DNA of 64,000 nucleotides from Histomonas meleagridis 2922-C6/04-290x (lineage: Eukaryota; Protista; Parabasalia), in assembly GCA_020184695.1 (NCBI GenBank), contig JAANOX010000191.1, forward strand, positions 1-64,000, written 5' to 3'. The notes under the pieces were generated by a model, which saw only the letters and a program-made list of their open reading frames with translations, did not search any database and was not told where the DNA came from. The position numbers and the translations under genes were made by a program. Shown here one piece after another: positions 44,863 to 57,362 of the stretch; the first letter of the stretch is position 1; each line of letters begins with the position of its first letter.

Positions 44863-46281
44863 ATGGAAGAAATACATATATCACTATGTTTATCAAAAAT
44901 TTCAGAACCAATTACAATAGATATAACAAAAGAAACAACAGTTATTTCATTGTGTTTTCAGATTTTAAATTTATTCGGATATCCACCAAATACTGAAATT
45001 CATCTTATCAACTTCGAATCTGGAGAAAAAGAATTCAATCTTGATGATATAAAATATTTTTGCGATCGACTTAACAAGAAATTTTTGGTTTCTTTTTCAC
45101 CATTTGAAATCTCAGTTGATCAGTTTTTCGAAAAAATTAAAAATAATGAAAACAACACAGAGATTACAACAGCAGAGGCATTTAAAGAAGCTGTTGAAAA
45201 TGAAGCTGCATCAATGAAGCCATATTGTTCATACATATTTTTACATCAAATATTATCTAAGATCATTGATGATATTATCAAAGGCAACGAGACCACCTTT
45301 GCAAATTACCTTTGTACTTATTTTAAAGATTTTTCTAATAATCCATTATTTTCGAAAGAAATTGTTATTAGTTCATTAACTAAAGAAATCAATGAAATTT
45401 TTGGTGACACTCTTTTATGGAACAGATATGATGAGAATACGCATTTCCCCATCAAACAACCACGATTTCTCTCTGTTATTGAATTCAACAATTTATGTAC
45501 ATTTTTCTCTGATCTTATTATAAATCATTGTGATATCAAATATATATTACGGTCAGTTCTTGACAACTATAAGCCATCTGAATTTGTTATTAATATCATA
45601 TTAAAAGTAACACAAAACTTAATTTTGAAGTATGAAATTCCAAAAGTGTTCAGAATCGCATCAAAACTATTTGGTGATTCATGGCTATATAAATGTTTTC
45701 CTAATTCGGATTCTATTTATACTTTCTGTATGAATGATGAATTCATTAATATATATCCTTATTTATTATCACGGCATTCACTTTTAATGCATTTGGAGGA
45801 AAAAATTCCATTTCAACAATTGAATGCAGTCATAACGGTCATCGACTCAAATTTTCTGAAGTACGATAGCCGGTTTACAAAATGTTTTATGAATTCACTT
45901 TTCCCACATTTATACAAAGTTATAAATCAACAAGTGCCTTGTTTAACTATTTCACAATCAACATATGATTCAATGATTAGATCATTAACTGGCCTTTATG
46001 GTCTTTTTTCACGTTTGATGCAATACCAATGTAATCAGATTCAATTTTTAAATTCTTTTTTAAAGTATTGGAAATTATATTCATTCGAACCAAAGGGTTT
46101 GTGTTATTTTTTGATTGGGTTTTTCATACAGCATAAACTTTTAAATTCATTTGTGTTGTATAAATGGATAAAATCAAAAGAAGTGGAACCATATAAAGAT
46201 GCGCTTCTTATTGAATTAAATACATTCATTTTGTCATATATACAATTGCCTCAAATTATAGAAGAAAATAAAACATTATAA
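44863..46281 (+). CDS. Hypothetical helical protein, possibly MIF4G-like (CBP80/NCBP1 C-terminal)
   Basis: 472-aa ORF; the C-terminus YWKLYSFEPKGLCYFLIGFFIQHKLLNSFVLYKWI is reminiscent of CBP80 MIF4G-like repeats; weak call. Confidence 0.5.
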   Translation: MEEIHISLCLSKISEPITIDITKETTVISLCFQILNLFGYPPNTEIHLINFESGEKEFNLDDIKYFCDRLNKKFLVSFSPFEISVDQFFEKIKNNENNTEITTAEAFKEAVENEAASMKPYCSYIFLHQILSKIIDDIIKGNETTFANYLCTYFKDFSNNPLFSKEIVISSLTKEINEIFGDTLLWNRYDENTHFPIKQPRFLSVIEFNNLCTFFSDLIINHCDIKYILRSVLDNYKPSEFVINIILKVTQNLILKYEIPKVFRIASKLFGDSWLYKCFPNSDSIYTFCMNDEFINIYPYLLSRHSLLMHLEEKIPFQQLNAVITVIDSNFLKYDSRFTKCFMNSLFPHLYKVINQQVPCLTISQSTYDSMIRSLTGLYGLFSRLMQYQCNQIQFLNSFLKYWKLYSFEPKGLCYFLIGFFIQHKLLNSFVLYKWIKSKEVEPYKDALLIELNTFILSYIQLPQIIEENKTL

Positions 46282-49003
46282 TATCAATAAACTGTTATTT
46301 CTAAAAAAAATGTATTTTACTAAATCTCTTTAATGATTATTCACTCTATGTTAATCTTTTTTATTTGTTCTTTGGTATGCAATATAATATTTTTATATAT
46401 TCTTTTGTATTTTCTAAATTAATAATTATTTGTAATTAGGAAAGAAGTATATTTAAAACAAGATTACGTGGATTTAAAATTTGTTTAAATTATTGATTCA
46501 TTGCAAAGAATTTGTAAGATATTAAGTAAATATTATTAACATCAAGATATTCAAACCAAAGTTAACCAATAAATAATATCAAAAAGAAAATCATTTCTAA
46601 TAAAAACATAAACAAAAACTAAGAATTTAGAATTTCTTCAATAAGTGGCTGAGTGTTTATATTTTCTAACAATGAAACTTCTCATATTTTGTACTCGCGA
46701 CCTTTTAGATATGTTTCGCATTTTTCCTTGACGTCTTCTAACAATTTGTTGAAATTTTTCTTATAGTACACTTATTAATAGAATTGTATTTATGAATTTA
46801 CATTTTGCTTTGCGAATATATTTTAAAATAATAATTTCTTTATTTCACAATATTTATAAATATATAAAATCCGAAAATACATTTTTTATTCAAAAAACAG
46901 AACAAACTTCAGTTTTTGTTTCTGGCTTATTTTTAGTAAGCCAAAAATTTTTCTTACTAAAATATGCTTCTGGAATTAAATCTATAAGTTGACTTAATCC
47001 ATTATTTTCTTTTGAAGAACACTCCATATATGAGAAAGCATTGATGTGAATCGTCGTCAATTTGATGTGAACCGCGAAGTCAATTCAAACAAGAACGACC
47101 AACTTGTAGCAGAAAATTATCTTGTTAAAATCATAGTTTTATCTAGATTTTGCATATAAATTAGAAAAACTTAAATAAATATTTCATTCCTTTTATTAGT
47201 ATTTTGTTTGAAATATATCAAAAAATGTGTGTCGATGTTTATTTTTCTGAACAAAAAGACAAAACAAATGAAAATAATCGATCATTTTGAACTTAAAGTG
47301 AAAACACTTTTAAAAAATGATTTAAAAAAAGCCATTATTTTTACAAATAAAATATAAATTCATAAAAAGGCCCATGTAATGTTGGTTCTTATCAATAAAA
47401 ATATCTTTTGTAGATATGAATTAGTTGATTTAAAAAAAGGTTTTGTATGGGTTAATTCTGCATTTAAATGATGAAATCCATAGTAAAAATTATACTATTC
47501 TTATATAAGAATAAATTAACGCTAATTCATTTAACAAAAATTAATCAACAGATTTCAAAGTTTATAAATTTTATATTTATAGAATTTTTATGGGCATAAA
47601 ATGGCATATTTGTATATACAAATTTTTTGATTCAATTTTCATGGGTGCAATTTGGTATTAGATAAAAAAAATATTTTTTTTCTGAGTATAAAGTCAATAT
47701 TTCAAAAAAAACATGAAAATTGAATTGATATTTAGAACTTTCTTTTTACTGAATTTCATCATTAATCGTTCTTAATAAGAAGGTCTTCCAAGTTTTTTTC
47801 TGAATTTAACTTGGGGCGTATCGTTTCCAATATAGTGTTTACCAATTAGTGTACACGCACTTTTACCGATAGTGTACACGGGATCAAAAGGAAGAAAAAC
47901 AAAAGAAGCAAAATAAATGTATTTCATGATCAATTTAGAGGAGTTTTATGTAATTCATGTCAATCTGTTGAATAAAAATGCTTTATCATGGAACTTATAA
48001 TCGAGCAAACATAGTTAATTTTAATCACTAATACTGTTATTTTTTTCACAGACGATACATTCTCATAGAAACCGTTTAAAATTAAATGTATATTCATTGT
48101 ATCTCTTGTTTCTTTATTAATTTGATGCTCTGTTCCTTTCGGAGTTTGAATAACTTTCTTCAAAAGACTTGTCAAAGCTTTTGTAAAAATATTAAATATA
48201 GCTTTTTCCCTTCAACTAACAAAAAAATTTGTTGCTAAAGAAAAAGTGGCATTTTAGGCATTCTTTTCATAATATGACAATTGGTATATTGAATGCATTC
48301 AAAATGAATTTAACGAATTCAGGCTCCCTGTGAAATGAGGAGTCTAAATAAATGGTAATTAATTAAATAATTACTTAAAGCTATTAAAAATTTAAACCAA
48401 CAAACCATTAATTTAACACCCAAATGCTAATATTCGCAAAGAACTTTCAAAATGTTTTCCAACATTTATTTCTTCAAACTACTAATGCTTTGATGACGAT
48501 GTTGTGGTTATTGTTTCATTATCTTAATAAATAGTTTTTTTCGGAGTAATTACATATAAAATTATAATTTAACTCAAACTGCTTCAAAGGACAAACAATT
48601 TTTTATTTAACCAAAGTTTTATATTGATTTTATTGCCGTAAGGGATTTCTTTACAAACGAAAAAATTCTTATACAAAATGTGTTATAATAAATCATAATA
48701 AAAAATAAAATCATAATTTAAGCAGTTTTTCTTATATCCGTTTATAAAGTCATTGCTCAACTATGATAATCATATATACCAAAGTAAAAAAAATTAATGA
48801 TAATAAAAGAAAATTCATTTTTATTATCATCTAATAATGCATCTTGGATCCTTTAGAATAAACTGTTTTCAACCTAATATATGTAAACAGTTATCGCTGT
48901 AAAACATTTTAAAAAGAAAAACAAAATGATCAAATATCATACATTTTAGATGTTGTTTTTTATTTATATCCCATTGTGTTCTAGTAATTAAAAAGACTTT
49001 ATT

Positions 49004-50314
49004 TTACCATCTAAAGTCCAATGCCTTATTACAAATTTCACATTGCTTTGGCGTTGTACAAACAACATCACCAACTTCATAATAAGGGAATTTTATAGAA
49101 ACGTTTTTGCTGTGTTGATTTTGCAAGTTTAATTCCAAGATAAGTCTATTCCAATTACTACTCAAAGTACCGATTATATAATCAGCATTGACTGCATCTT
49201 CCAAATTTGCGAAAGAGCTTAATGCCATACTAAAATAATCATTAATTTTATGAAGATCAAAACCACCAGTTTGTCTTGTAAAATTATAATATGAAATGTC
49301 AAACCTATCTCTATACTGCAAAACATAATCAATGGATTCCTGTTCATCACTACTTACAAACACTGAAATTGGTTTATCTTTTCTGATTAATTTCTCTATT
49401 ACTTCTAAAGTATATATATATTTAGATGTGTTAATTATTTTCATTTCACGATATTTATCACCTTTCCGAATATGCATTGATACATCGTAATGATCTTTTG
49501 GATTCACTAAGCTTTTATCACGAAATTCTTTTATCCATTTCTTTAAGTTATCATTAAAACGTACGAAGAAATACGCCGCTTGAATTCTCCAATAAAATCG
49601 ATATAGTTGTGGTGGAACACCAGTTTGATTTATTATAGGCATAATAGATTTAGGTACAGTATATTTTGGAAAGTCTTTAACTCGCATAAATTTTGGATTT
49701 GAATAATCTATTTCATCTTTACTAAATTTACATGAAGAAATAGGTTGGAAATAACAGTCGAAACCACTTGTATTATGACATTGTTTGCAATCAATAAATC
49801 TATAATTTTCATTTGGATCATAAATTACAGTTCTATTTAAATCAATGTCCTTGGCTATTATACTACCAGTTACATGAACATAAGAGCCAAGTCCTTGATG
49901 TGGACACCTTGGAATTAAAATGAAATTCCGTTCACTACAATTTTTAGGGAATTGGTTTTCATATATTATTTTTTGAATTTCATCTGTCCCATATATACCA
50001 TGTTTATCATGTTTCGGATAAGGCTTATCAAGCTTAGGATCAAAGAAAAACACTTTTTGGTTCATTTTATGATGTGGATAATATACAGACAATATATATT
50101 TTATTTTATCTTTGTCAACATTAGCTTCAATTAAACCTTCCCATAATTTGTAGTGAAGGTCATAACATCGATTGGGATAGTATCGAAAAATCAATTGCAT
50201 TCCGGATAATGGGCGAAAAGTAATTGTTTTATAATAGAAATATAAAATAAGGGAATTTAGTGGAAAGAACATGATAAATAATCTATAGATATTTTGATGT
50301 TTTTGATACTTCAT
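49004..50314 (-). CDS. GT23/FUT8-like alpha-1,6-fucosyltransferase
   Basis: HQGLGSYVH, SMHIRKGDKYRE, VFVSSDE, DYIIGTLSSNWNRLILEL match the GDP-fucose-binding motifs of the GT23 family. Confidence 0.8.
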   Translation of the reverse strand: MKYQKHQNIYRLFIMFFPLNSLILYFYYKTITFRPLSGMQLIFRYYPNRCYDLHYKLWEGLIEANVDKDKIKYILSVYYPHHKMNQKVFFFDPKLDKPYPKHDKHGIYGTDEIQKIIYENQFPKNCSERNFILIPRCPHQGLGSYVHVTGSIIAKDIDLNRTVIYDPNENYRFIDCKQCHNTSGFDCYFQPISSCKFSKDEIDYSNPKFMRVKDFPKYTVPKSIMPIINQTGVPPQLYRFYWRIQAAYFFVRFNDNLKKWIKEFRDKSLVNPKDHYDVSMHIRKGDKYREMKIINTSKYIYTLEVIEKLIRKDKPISVFVSSDEQESIDYVLQYRDRFDISYYNFTRQTGGFDLHKINDYFSMALSSFANLEDAVNADYIIGTLSSNWNRLILELNLQNQHSKNVSIKFPYYEVGDVVCTTPKQCEICNKALDFRW

Positions 50315-50645
50315 TTCTTGGGGTTTCAAACCTAATGTTGACTAGAATAAGGCCTTATTTAGCAATCAGTTTATTTTATTCACCTTTTATCAAAAAGTAA
50401 AAGTAAAAAAAGAAAGGTTCACATCAACTAAAAACGATCACCAAAAACAACAAAACAAATCACATCCAACACAATTTAAAGAACGTTGGAATTTGAATGC
50501 AAATTTTATCTCAAATTTGAGTATATATTTAATTACACTACAAAGTCTTCTTATTAATTCAAAAACCAAAAAATTGAATGAAGAATAATTGGGAATTGAA
50601 TGGGACGTCATCAATGTTGTCATTTTTTGTATCATAATTAATTAA

Positions 50646-51013
50646 TTAATTAAAATCAATTTGAAGGTCTTCATTGTCTTGATGAACAGTTAGATGAACT
50701 TGTACTTGGTCATTTTGTTTTGACATAAGTGAATCAATATCAACAATAATAAAACAAAGAATTAATACGTTTGTATTTGGATATGCGATTTTTCTGAATA
50801 TTTCCATTGCAGGATCACAATTTAACGGAAGGTGCACTTGGACATTAACACATTTTTTGGTGATCTGGCGAGCAAAATTTATGTAAGTTGGTTCTCCAAG
50901 TGTACATGGTGAAAAATCTTCGCAAAACGAACGCCCATTCAAAACACCATACAGATTTTCCCAACATTATGATATCCCAAAATCAATGTTTTAATTGTTA
51001 CTTTTGATTCCAT
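50646..51013 (-). pseudogene. Degraded Rho-like GTPase
   Basis: LILGYHNVGK (G1) in a shifted frame and RKIAYPNTNVLILCF (Rho signature); truncated. Confidence 0.55.
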
Positions 51014-51809
51014 CTTTCATATTGAGAAAATTCCAACTTAACTGTGCAGGACGACCAGATATAAGCTAAATATAAAATAAATATATCTCGAAAATAAAAT
51101 AACAATTTATAATATGATTCTAAATAAAGATTTTAATAAAATTGTTTTTTAAGATTTCAAATTTTAATAATATTTTCATATGATAATTGCTCGGAAAACT
51201 AATATGAAAAATATTGATGCAAGTGGCACTTTTTACCCATTTTTCCCACAAAATGCAATCCATTGTGCAACTCTCTATGATGAGAAAGAACAAGAAAAAG
51301 AATAAAAGCAAAAAAGCGACAAATCTGAGTACGTTGGCTATTATTTGAAAAAATATATAACTAATTAATTACCACAACATGCACGTGCAATCATGATTTA
51401 AATCAGATAATAAAAAATAAATTTCAATTTTCTTTTGCCATATAAATATATAATTTCATTACGATATATTTATTGAGTTGTATACAAATATATGATGATA
51501 TTTTCGAGATATTTTTATTCTATGCAAAAATACTTTTAATACATATATGGTCGGACTACCCTCAAACGTCGTGACGTTGATACCAAAAAAAACAACAAAT
51601 AAACTATTGTAATTTCATTAAATTTACAACACAAGACTGATTCAAAAACCTACAAAATTTGAGTAGTAATTTTTTTGAATACCGTTTAAAATTTGACAAC
51701 AACCCCTGATTTTAATACAAAATTCCTATGGTTTACAATAAAGGGTTTAAATGTCAAATGCCAAATATTGAATGCAGCCACTTGTCAGTTTGACTTCTAA
51801 GTCATAAAA

Positions 51810-53072
51810 ATGTTTGCTCTTCTCTTGATCAATACATTATCTTACATCGACGCAGTCGAAATCCCAGAAGGTCTTTCTAATGCTGATGCTTGCTCAATCT
51901 GCAAGACAGTCGTTGGTGGAATTGCCGGATTCATTGGTGCTTCACCTGTTCAATCAGTCATCAAACAATTAGCTCTTGGTCTTTGCGGTAAATTCTCTGG
52001 CTCTGGCAACACACTTTGCAAGAACATCGTTAACAAGCTCCCAACAATCTTATCATACCTCTCAAAGGGTCTCTCAAAGGCTAACGTTTGCAGCAGAATC
52101 AATGTTTGCAAGTCCAATGACGAAGAAGAAGACGACGAAATCGAATACATCGAAATTCCAGAAGGTCTTGAAAACGGAATTGCCTGCTCCATCTGCAAGC
52201 ACCTTGTTAATGCAGTTGCCAAGGTTCTTTCCAGCTCATCCGTCCAATCCAAGGCTACAGAAGCCGCTCAAAAGCTTTGCCAAAAACTTCCAAAGATCGG
52301 CCGTAACTTCTGCGACAAACTTGTCTCCAAGTATCTCGGCAAGATCATGACATGGCTCGGTCAAAAGGTTGGTGCTTCCACAATCTGCAACAAACTCAAG
52401 TCATGCAGCGGCAACGATGTTGATTGCGATGATGCATATCTCGAACTTTATCTCGAAATGGACGATGATGACTTTGTTACCGAAATCGAACTTCCATTAG
52501 GTCTTTCCAACGCCGACAACTGCGCTATCTGCAAGAAGGCTGTCGGCTTCGTCTCAGCTGCCATGGGTAACAGCATTGTCCAAGCAATCGTTAAGGCTGC
52601 TGCTACAGCTGCATGCGGTTTAATCAGCGGTGGTGTTGGCGCTGCTCTCTGCAAGACAATCGTCAAGGTTTCCGTCGGTCCAATCATGAACTGGGTCAGC
52701 CAGAAGCTTTCACAATCCAAGATCTGCTCCAAGCTCGGCTACTGCAGGGGTAACGATATCGAAGAACTCGACTTCGAAGTTGAAGAAGAAGACGATGACG
52801 ATCTCATCTACATCGAAATCCCAGAAGGTCTCGACAACGCTTCTGTTTGCTCAGTCTGCAAGACAGTCATTAATGGAATCGTTTCCATCATGAAGAACAC
52901 AAAGGTTACATCACAAATCGCTCAGTTAGCTGCTAACCTCTGCAGCAAGGTTCCAGCCCTCCTCCAAGGCGTTTGCAAGCAACTCGTCGGAAGCGCACTC
53001 CCAAGCATCATCAAATGGCTCGGAAACGGACTCTCATCCCTTAACGTTTGCAAGAAACTTCACCTTTGCTAA
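51810..53072 (+). CDS. Secreted four-domain saposin-like (SAPLIP) polyprotein
   Basis: Signal peptide; four CxxC..C..C..C..C SapB domains separated by acidic linkers; GC-richer codon usage. Confidence 0.92.
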   Translation: MFALLLINTLSYIDAVEIPEGLSNADACSICKTVVGGIAGFIGASPVQSVIKQLALGLCGKFSGSGNTLCKNIVNKLPTILSYLSKGLSKANVCSRINVCKSNDEEEDDEIEYIEIPEGLENGIACSICKHLVNAVAKVLSSSSVQSKATEAAQKLCQKLPKIGRNFCDKLVSKYLGKIMTWLGQKVGASTICNKLKSCSGNDVDCDDAYLELYLEMDDDDFVTEIELPLGLSNADNCAICKKAVGFVSAAMGNSIVQAIVKAAATAACGLISGGVGAALCKTIVKVSVGPIMNWVSQKLSQSKICSKLGYCRGNDIEELDFEVEEEDDDDLIYIEIPEGLDNASVCSVCKTVINGIVSIMKNTKVTSQIAQLAANLCSKVPALLQGVCKQLVGSALPSIIKWLGNGLSSLNVCKKLHLC

Positions 53073-53967
53073 GAAATTTAGTAGAATTTTAAAAAACTAA
53101 TTTGAAGAAATTTTTTTTTTATTTTTTAATTAAGTGTATTATTATTTGAACTTGCTCAGGAAAAACTTTAAATCTCAATGTTATCCAAATGTTTAAGCTC
53201 ATGTATACGTCAAGCTTTGGAAATGCACCGTTGAACATCTGTTGTTTGGTACATGTAAATTTCATCCAAATAATAAACACTTTACATGAAATATAATTGA
53301 TAAAATATATCAGAAAAAAATTGGAAATTTAGAGTTATTATGGAAAAAATGCATTGTTTTTTCAAAATGCAAAAGAAATATATTTTCAATTTTAAACATA
53401 TGTAACATTTTAACTTGAGTAGTTCTGCATTTGTCTATGATAATATCTTATTTTCTATATTTGAACATGGAAAAAAAAACAAAAATTTAATTAACGTACA
53501 AAAAGACGTTAAGTCACTTCAATTTGTTCTGTATCGGCATACCGAAAGTGAAGTCATGAATGAAGCAAACTTCTTTCCAAATATTTTAAAATACTATAGT
53601 ATGCTATATCCAATATATTTCCACTTCCATGTCACCAAGACGTTGATGCATTAAACTCCATTTTTAGGTTATTGAAATTCTTGAAATTCCGAACATTTTT
53701 CGAGAAGAAAGGTATTGAACCTCGTGTGAAAAATTGTAATAAATTTAAAAATGACTCATGTGTACAGTTGAAAATTGCAAACATTTAATAACATTAAATC
53801 ATTAAGAATGCACATGTTAAAGGTTGTTACTGAAATCCATGAAAATTTTAGGAAAATCATGCATCAATACCCTAAAACAAATTTATCATGGTGTCTTTCC
53901 CAGTAAGGTTATAACACATTTTAAGAAAAAAATTTAAAGACAAGCTTTATGATGTCATATTCATTGT

Positions 53968-54282
53968 TTACCATGTTGGTTCTGCATGCTTCTTCTTCTT
54001 GTCTACCATCCATTCGAATTTCCTGAGACGGCCAAGACAATACATTGATGATTTCTTGCATTGTTGGCATGTGAAACGAAGGCTGATCTTCTTTGATGTT
54101 TTCTTGCTACGACGGAGGAATGGCTTAACACGACCTACGAAACCTTCTTGCTTACGATCATATCTACGACGACCGAGAGCTACCTTACGTTCTTCACCAC
54201 GGCTTGCTTGTGTAACCTTAACTGTAGTGTGTTTCTTGCAGAACTTACAGAAGAATTTCTTTGTCTTTGGATAATGAACCAT
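53968..54282 (-). CDS. RPL44: 60S ribosomal protein eL42 (L44/L36a)
   Basis: MVHYPKTKKFFCKFCKKH..KVTQ..GRRRYDRKQ..KTSKKISLRFTCQQC. Confidence 0.95.
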   Translation of the reverse strand: MVHYPKTKKFFCKFCKKHTTVKVTQASRGEERKVALGRRRYDRKQEGFVGRVKPFLRRSKKTSKKISLRFTCQQCKKSSMYCLGRLRKFEWMVDKKKKHAEPTW

Positions 54283-55075
54283 TTCCAAAAAGGCTTGACC
54301 AAACCGTTGTCACTTTTTGTGAATGAGCTCAACAAAATTTTTTTAACAATAACTCAATAAAATAAATACATTTAATACGATTGGATAATTTTTATTAACA
54401 ACTAGATTAAGTTAAGTGTCTTTATTGAATTTTTTAAAATAATTTTTTTCATCAATTAAATTTGATTAATATCATCAATTATGTTTAGAAATTAATGTGA
54501 AAATGAATTCTAGTGTTTGAATTTATACACCTAAAATTTAAATCTTTATTACAGAAAAAATATTTTTAGATCTCTTCATAAAGCAGAAGAAATAGCATAA
54601 TTTTCTCGTTTTGATCTTGATCAAGTTGAAAACCTTTTATTAATCATGTTCCATTGTAAATAAATAAAAGGATTTAAATTTTCATTCAATATTAATGCTT
54701 TCGCTTTTTTCCAACTTGTGCATTAAATTTAATCTGCATGGTTTACCTACCCAGATAATACAATTCCAATTTTATTTGATGATTCATGAGTGAACTATCA
54801 AATTTAATTCAATATTAGTTACGGCTGCAAAAGCCGAAAATGGCGCTGCTTCTAGATGCTAAATCAATTTTATTTCCATTTACTAAACCAGTTTTTGAAA
54901 CACTGAAATGGTAGCCTGAACTTAATGGAAGTTTAATTTTTATAACTAAATTTTCTGCATCTATTTCATTACACAATACATTGATTTCAGAATCATCCAG
55001 TTAATCAACATCAAAAATTTTCACTAAAATCGTAAAATTTTTTATTAAAAAAATAAATATTTATAAACATTTAAA

Positions 55076-57022
55076 CTATAATTGATATGGGTTATCGTAA
55101 TACAATGGTTGCTGTGGTATATCAACCTCTTTTTTCATTTGTTCATTTGGCTGTTGAATATAATTATTCGTTTGATCATACTGTGGCTGTTGGTAAGCAT
55201 AATTTTGCCCAGGACCAGGCAAATTATTTTGTGGATATGCGCTATTCTTATTTGAAGATGAAGAAGATGACGATGAAGAAGACATTTTCATATTTGGCAT
55301 CACTTGTCTTCTACGACGAATATAACATATTATGAACGGCAATAAAAATATAACAATGCAAACAACGATAACTATTACAGTTACAACTATATTTGATGCA
55401 CTTGATCCATTATTACTTGAAGATGATTCCATCGATGAAGAAGAAATTTCTGAGCATTCTTCAAATCCTTTATTTATTCCAAGTCCACAAAACGTTACAC
55501 TTCCATAAGAATCTAATACATATACTCTATTTATTGCAATTCCTTCAAATGAATCTCGTGAAAATTTTGGATTTGAATCTCCATAATAATAAATACATGT
55601 CAATAATTTACAATTATAAAATGCTTTAGTACTAATTTGAGTTACACCTTTACCAATATAAAGTGTTATTAAACTTGTACAAGAATAAAATGCATATTGT
55701 TCAATCTCATTAACTGTATCAGGGATTTTAAATGTATTAATACTTTGGCATTGATAAAACATATTATAAGGAATTGTATTCGAATTACTCGTAAAATTAA
55801 CTTCTTTAAGTTTGGTGCATCCTGAAAAGATACCGGCGTTTAATGTTGCATTATAAGGAATTTCAATTTTTAATAATGCTGTACATGAACTAAATACAAA
55901 TGTTCCCAAGTATGTAGTTGTGTTTGGAATAATAATAGTTTTAAGTGATTTACAACTAGAAAATGAAGATGATCCAATTCGAGTTAATCCATAATTAAGT
56001 TCAACTTTCTTTAAAAGTTCACAACTACAAAATGAACAAACGCCAAGTTCAATTATCCAATTAGGAAGAACAACTTCTTGTAAATTAGAACAATCCATAA
56101 ATGCATATCTTGGAATTTGTGTTATTTTACCAATAATATTAATTGTCGTTAAACGTGAACATTTCGAAAAAATATATTCTCCAAAATTCGATGAATTTGA
56201 TGATTTAATTGTTATTGTAGAAAGTTGTGTACATTCAGAAAATGAATAATCGGAAAGTGTAGTTACTGATGATGGAATTGTTATCTCTTTAATTTCTTTA
56301 CATTTAGAAAATGCATATGATGAAATAGTTGTTAATGATTCAGGAAAAGTTATAGATGTTAAAAGTGTACATTCATAAAATGCATAAATTCTAATTACTG
56401 ATAAATTTGATCCAAATATTACTGTACGAAGTTGATTACAGCCAACAAATGCATCACTTCCAATGCTGGTGACATTTTCCCCAATTATAACTTTCGTAAG
56501 CTTAGAACAATTACTAAATGAAGAATATCCAATGGATTGAACTGAATCAGGAATTGTAATAGTATGTAAGCTAACACATAAATAAAATCCATAATTTGGA
56601 ATGATTTCAAGATTTTGATTAAATGTAATCGTCTGTAAATATGTGCATTCATAAAAAATACTGCTACCAATAGTTTTAAGAGATTCAGGGAAATCTATTT
56701 TTGTGATAATTGTTTGCCGAAATGCATAATCCTTGATTTCAGTGATGTTGTTGCCTAATTGAACAGACTTCAATGATTTGCATTTGTCAAATGCATTATC
56801 TAAAATAGAAATTACTGAATTTCCGATTGTTACTTCCTCAAGTAATGGCCATTCAGAGAAAGCATTGACTGAGATGGTTTCAACTCCAGTTCCAATAATT
56901 AGATATTTAGTTGATGATTTATAATCAGAATATAGGTCACTTGTTATTGTAGTATGGTTTTCAACAGTAAGTGTGTCATTGCATACAACATTGATGAGCA
57001 AGGATATTAAGAAAATTGTCAT
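55076..57022 (-). CDS. BspA-like LRR surface protein
   Basis: Signal peptide, many IxxxAFxxCxxLxxIxIPxSV repeats, Ser-rich stalk, TM IVVTVIVIVVCIVIFLLPFIIC, P/Q/Y-rich tail. Confidence 0.93.
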   Translation of the reverse strand: MTIFLISLLINVVCNDTLTVENHTTITSDLYSDYKSSTKYLIIGTGVETISVNAFSEWPLLEEVTIGNSVISILDNAFDKCKSLKSVQLGNNITEIKDYAFRQTIITKIDFPESLKTIGSSIFYECTYLQTITFNQNLEIIPNYGFYLCVSLHTITIPDSVQSIGYSSFSNCSKLTKVIIGENVTSIGSDAFVGCNQLRTVIFGSNLSVIRIYAFYECTLLTSITFPESLTTISSYAFSKCKEIKEITIPSSVTTLSDYSFSECTQLSTITIKSSNSSNFGEYIFSKCSRLTTINIIGKITQIPRYAFMDCSNLQEVVLPNWIIELGVCSFCSCELLKKVELNYGLTRIGSSSFSSCKSLKTIIIPNTTTYLGTFVFSSCTALLKIEIPYNATLNAGIFSGCTKLKEVNFTSNSNTIPYNMFYQCQSINTFKIPDTVNEIEQYAFYSCTSLITLYIGKGVTQISTKAFYNCKLLTCIYYYGDSNPKFSRDSFEGIAINRVYVLDSYGSVTFCGLGINKGFEECSEISSSSMESSSSNNGSSASNIVVTVIVIVVCIVIFLLPFIICYIRRRRQVMPNMKMSSSSSSSSSSNKNSAYPQNNLPGPGQNYAYQQPQYDQTNNYIQQPNEQMKKEVDIPQQPLYYDNPYQL

Positions 57023-57362
57023 TTTTATATTTCTGAATTGACAATCACAATAACAATTTCAATGGTTTTAACGAAATTTTTGCACAATTAAAATGAATGG
57101 TTTATAAACCGAGATAACCTTTGGAGAAAAAATTTTATAATAATTATTCGCCATTAGATTTCCATGCAGAAGTGATTTCATCGGAATTATTTCCAAGAAT
57201 ATAAATGAATCGACAAATGCACATTTAGACAAAAAATATATTATAAATGCATGTAATAAAAGTGTTTTATTAAAATTTCATTTTTTACAAAAATTTGTTT
57301 TCATTTGATTTTTAAAAAAATAAATTTATAACCAATTCAAAAGAGCTTTAATAAATTCCAAT

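Noticed and set aside
51950-54360. Overlapping ORFs antisense or out of frame to the saposin and eL42 genes (also those over the SDR, ankyrin, kinase, CNOT9, USP and BspA genes)
   Set aside because: Shadow ORFs of well-supported genes with no independent motifs.
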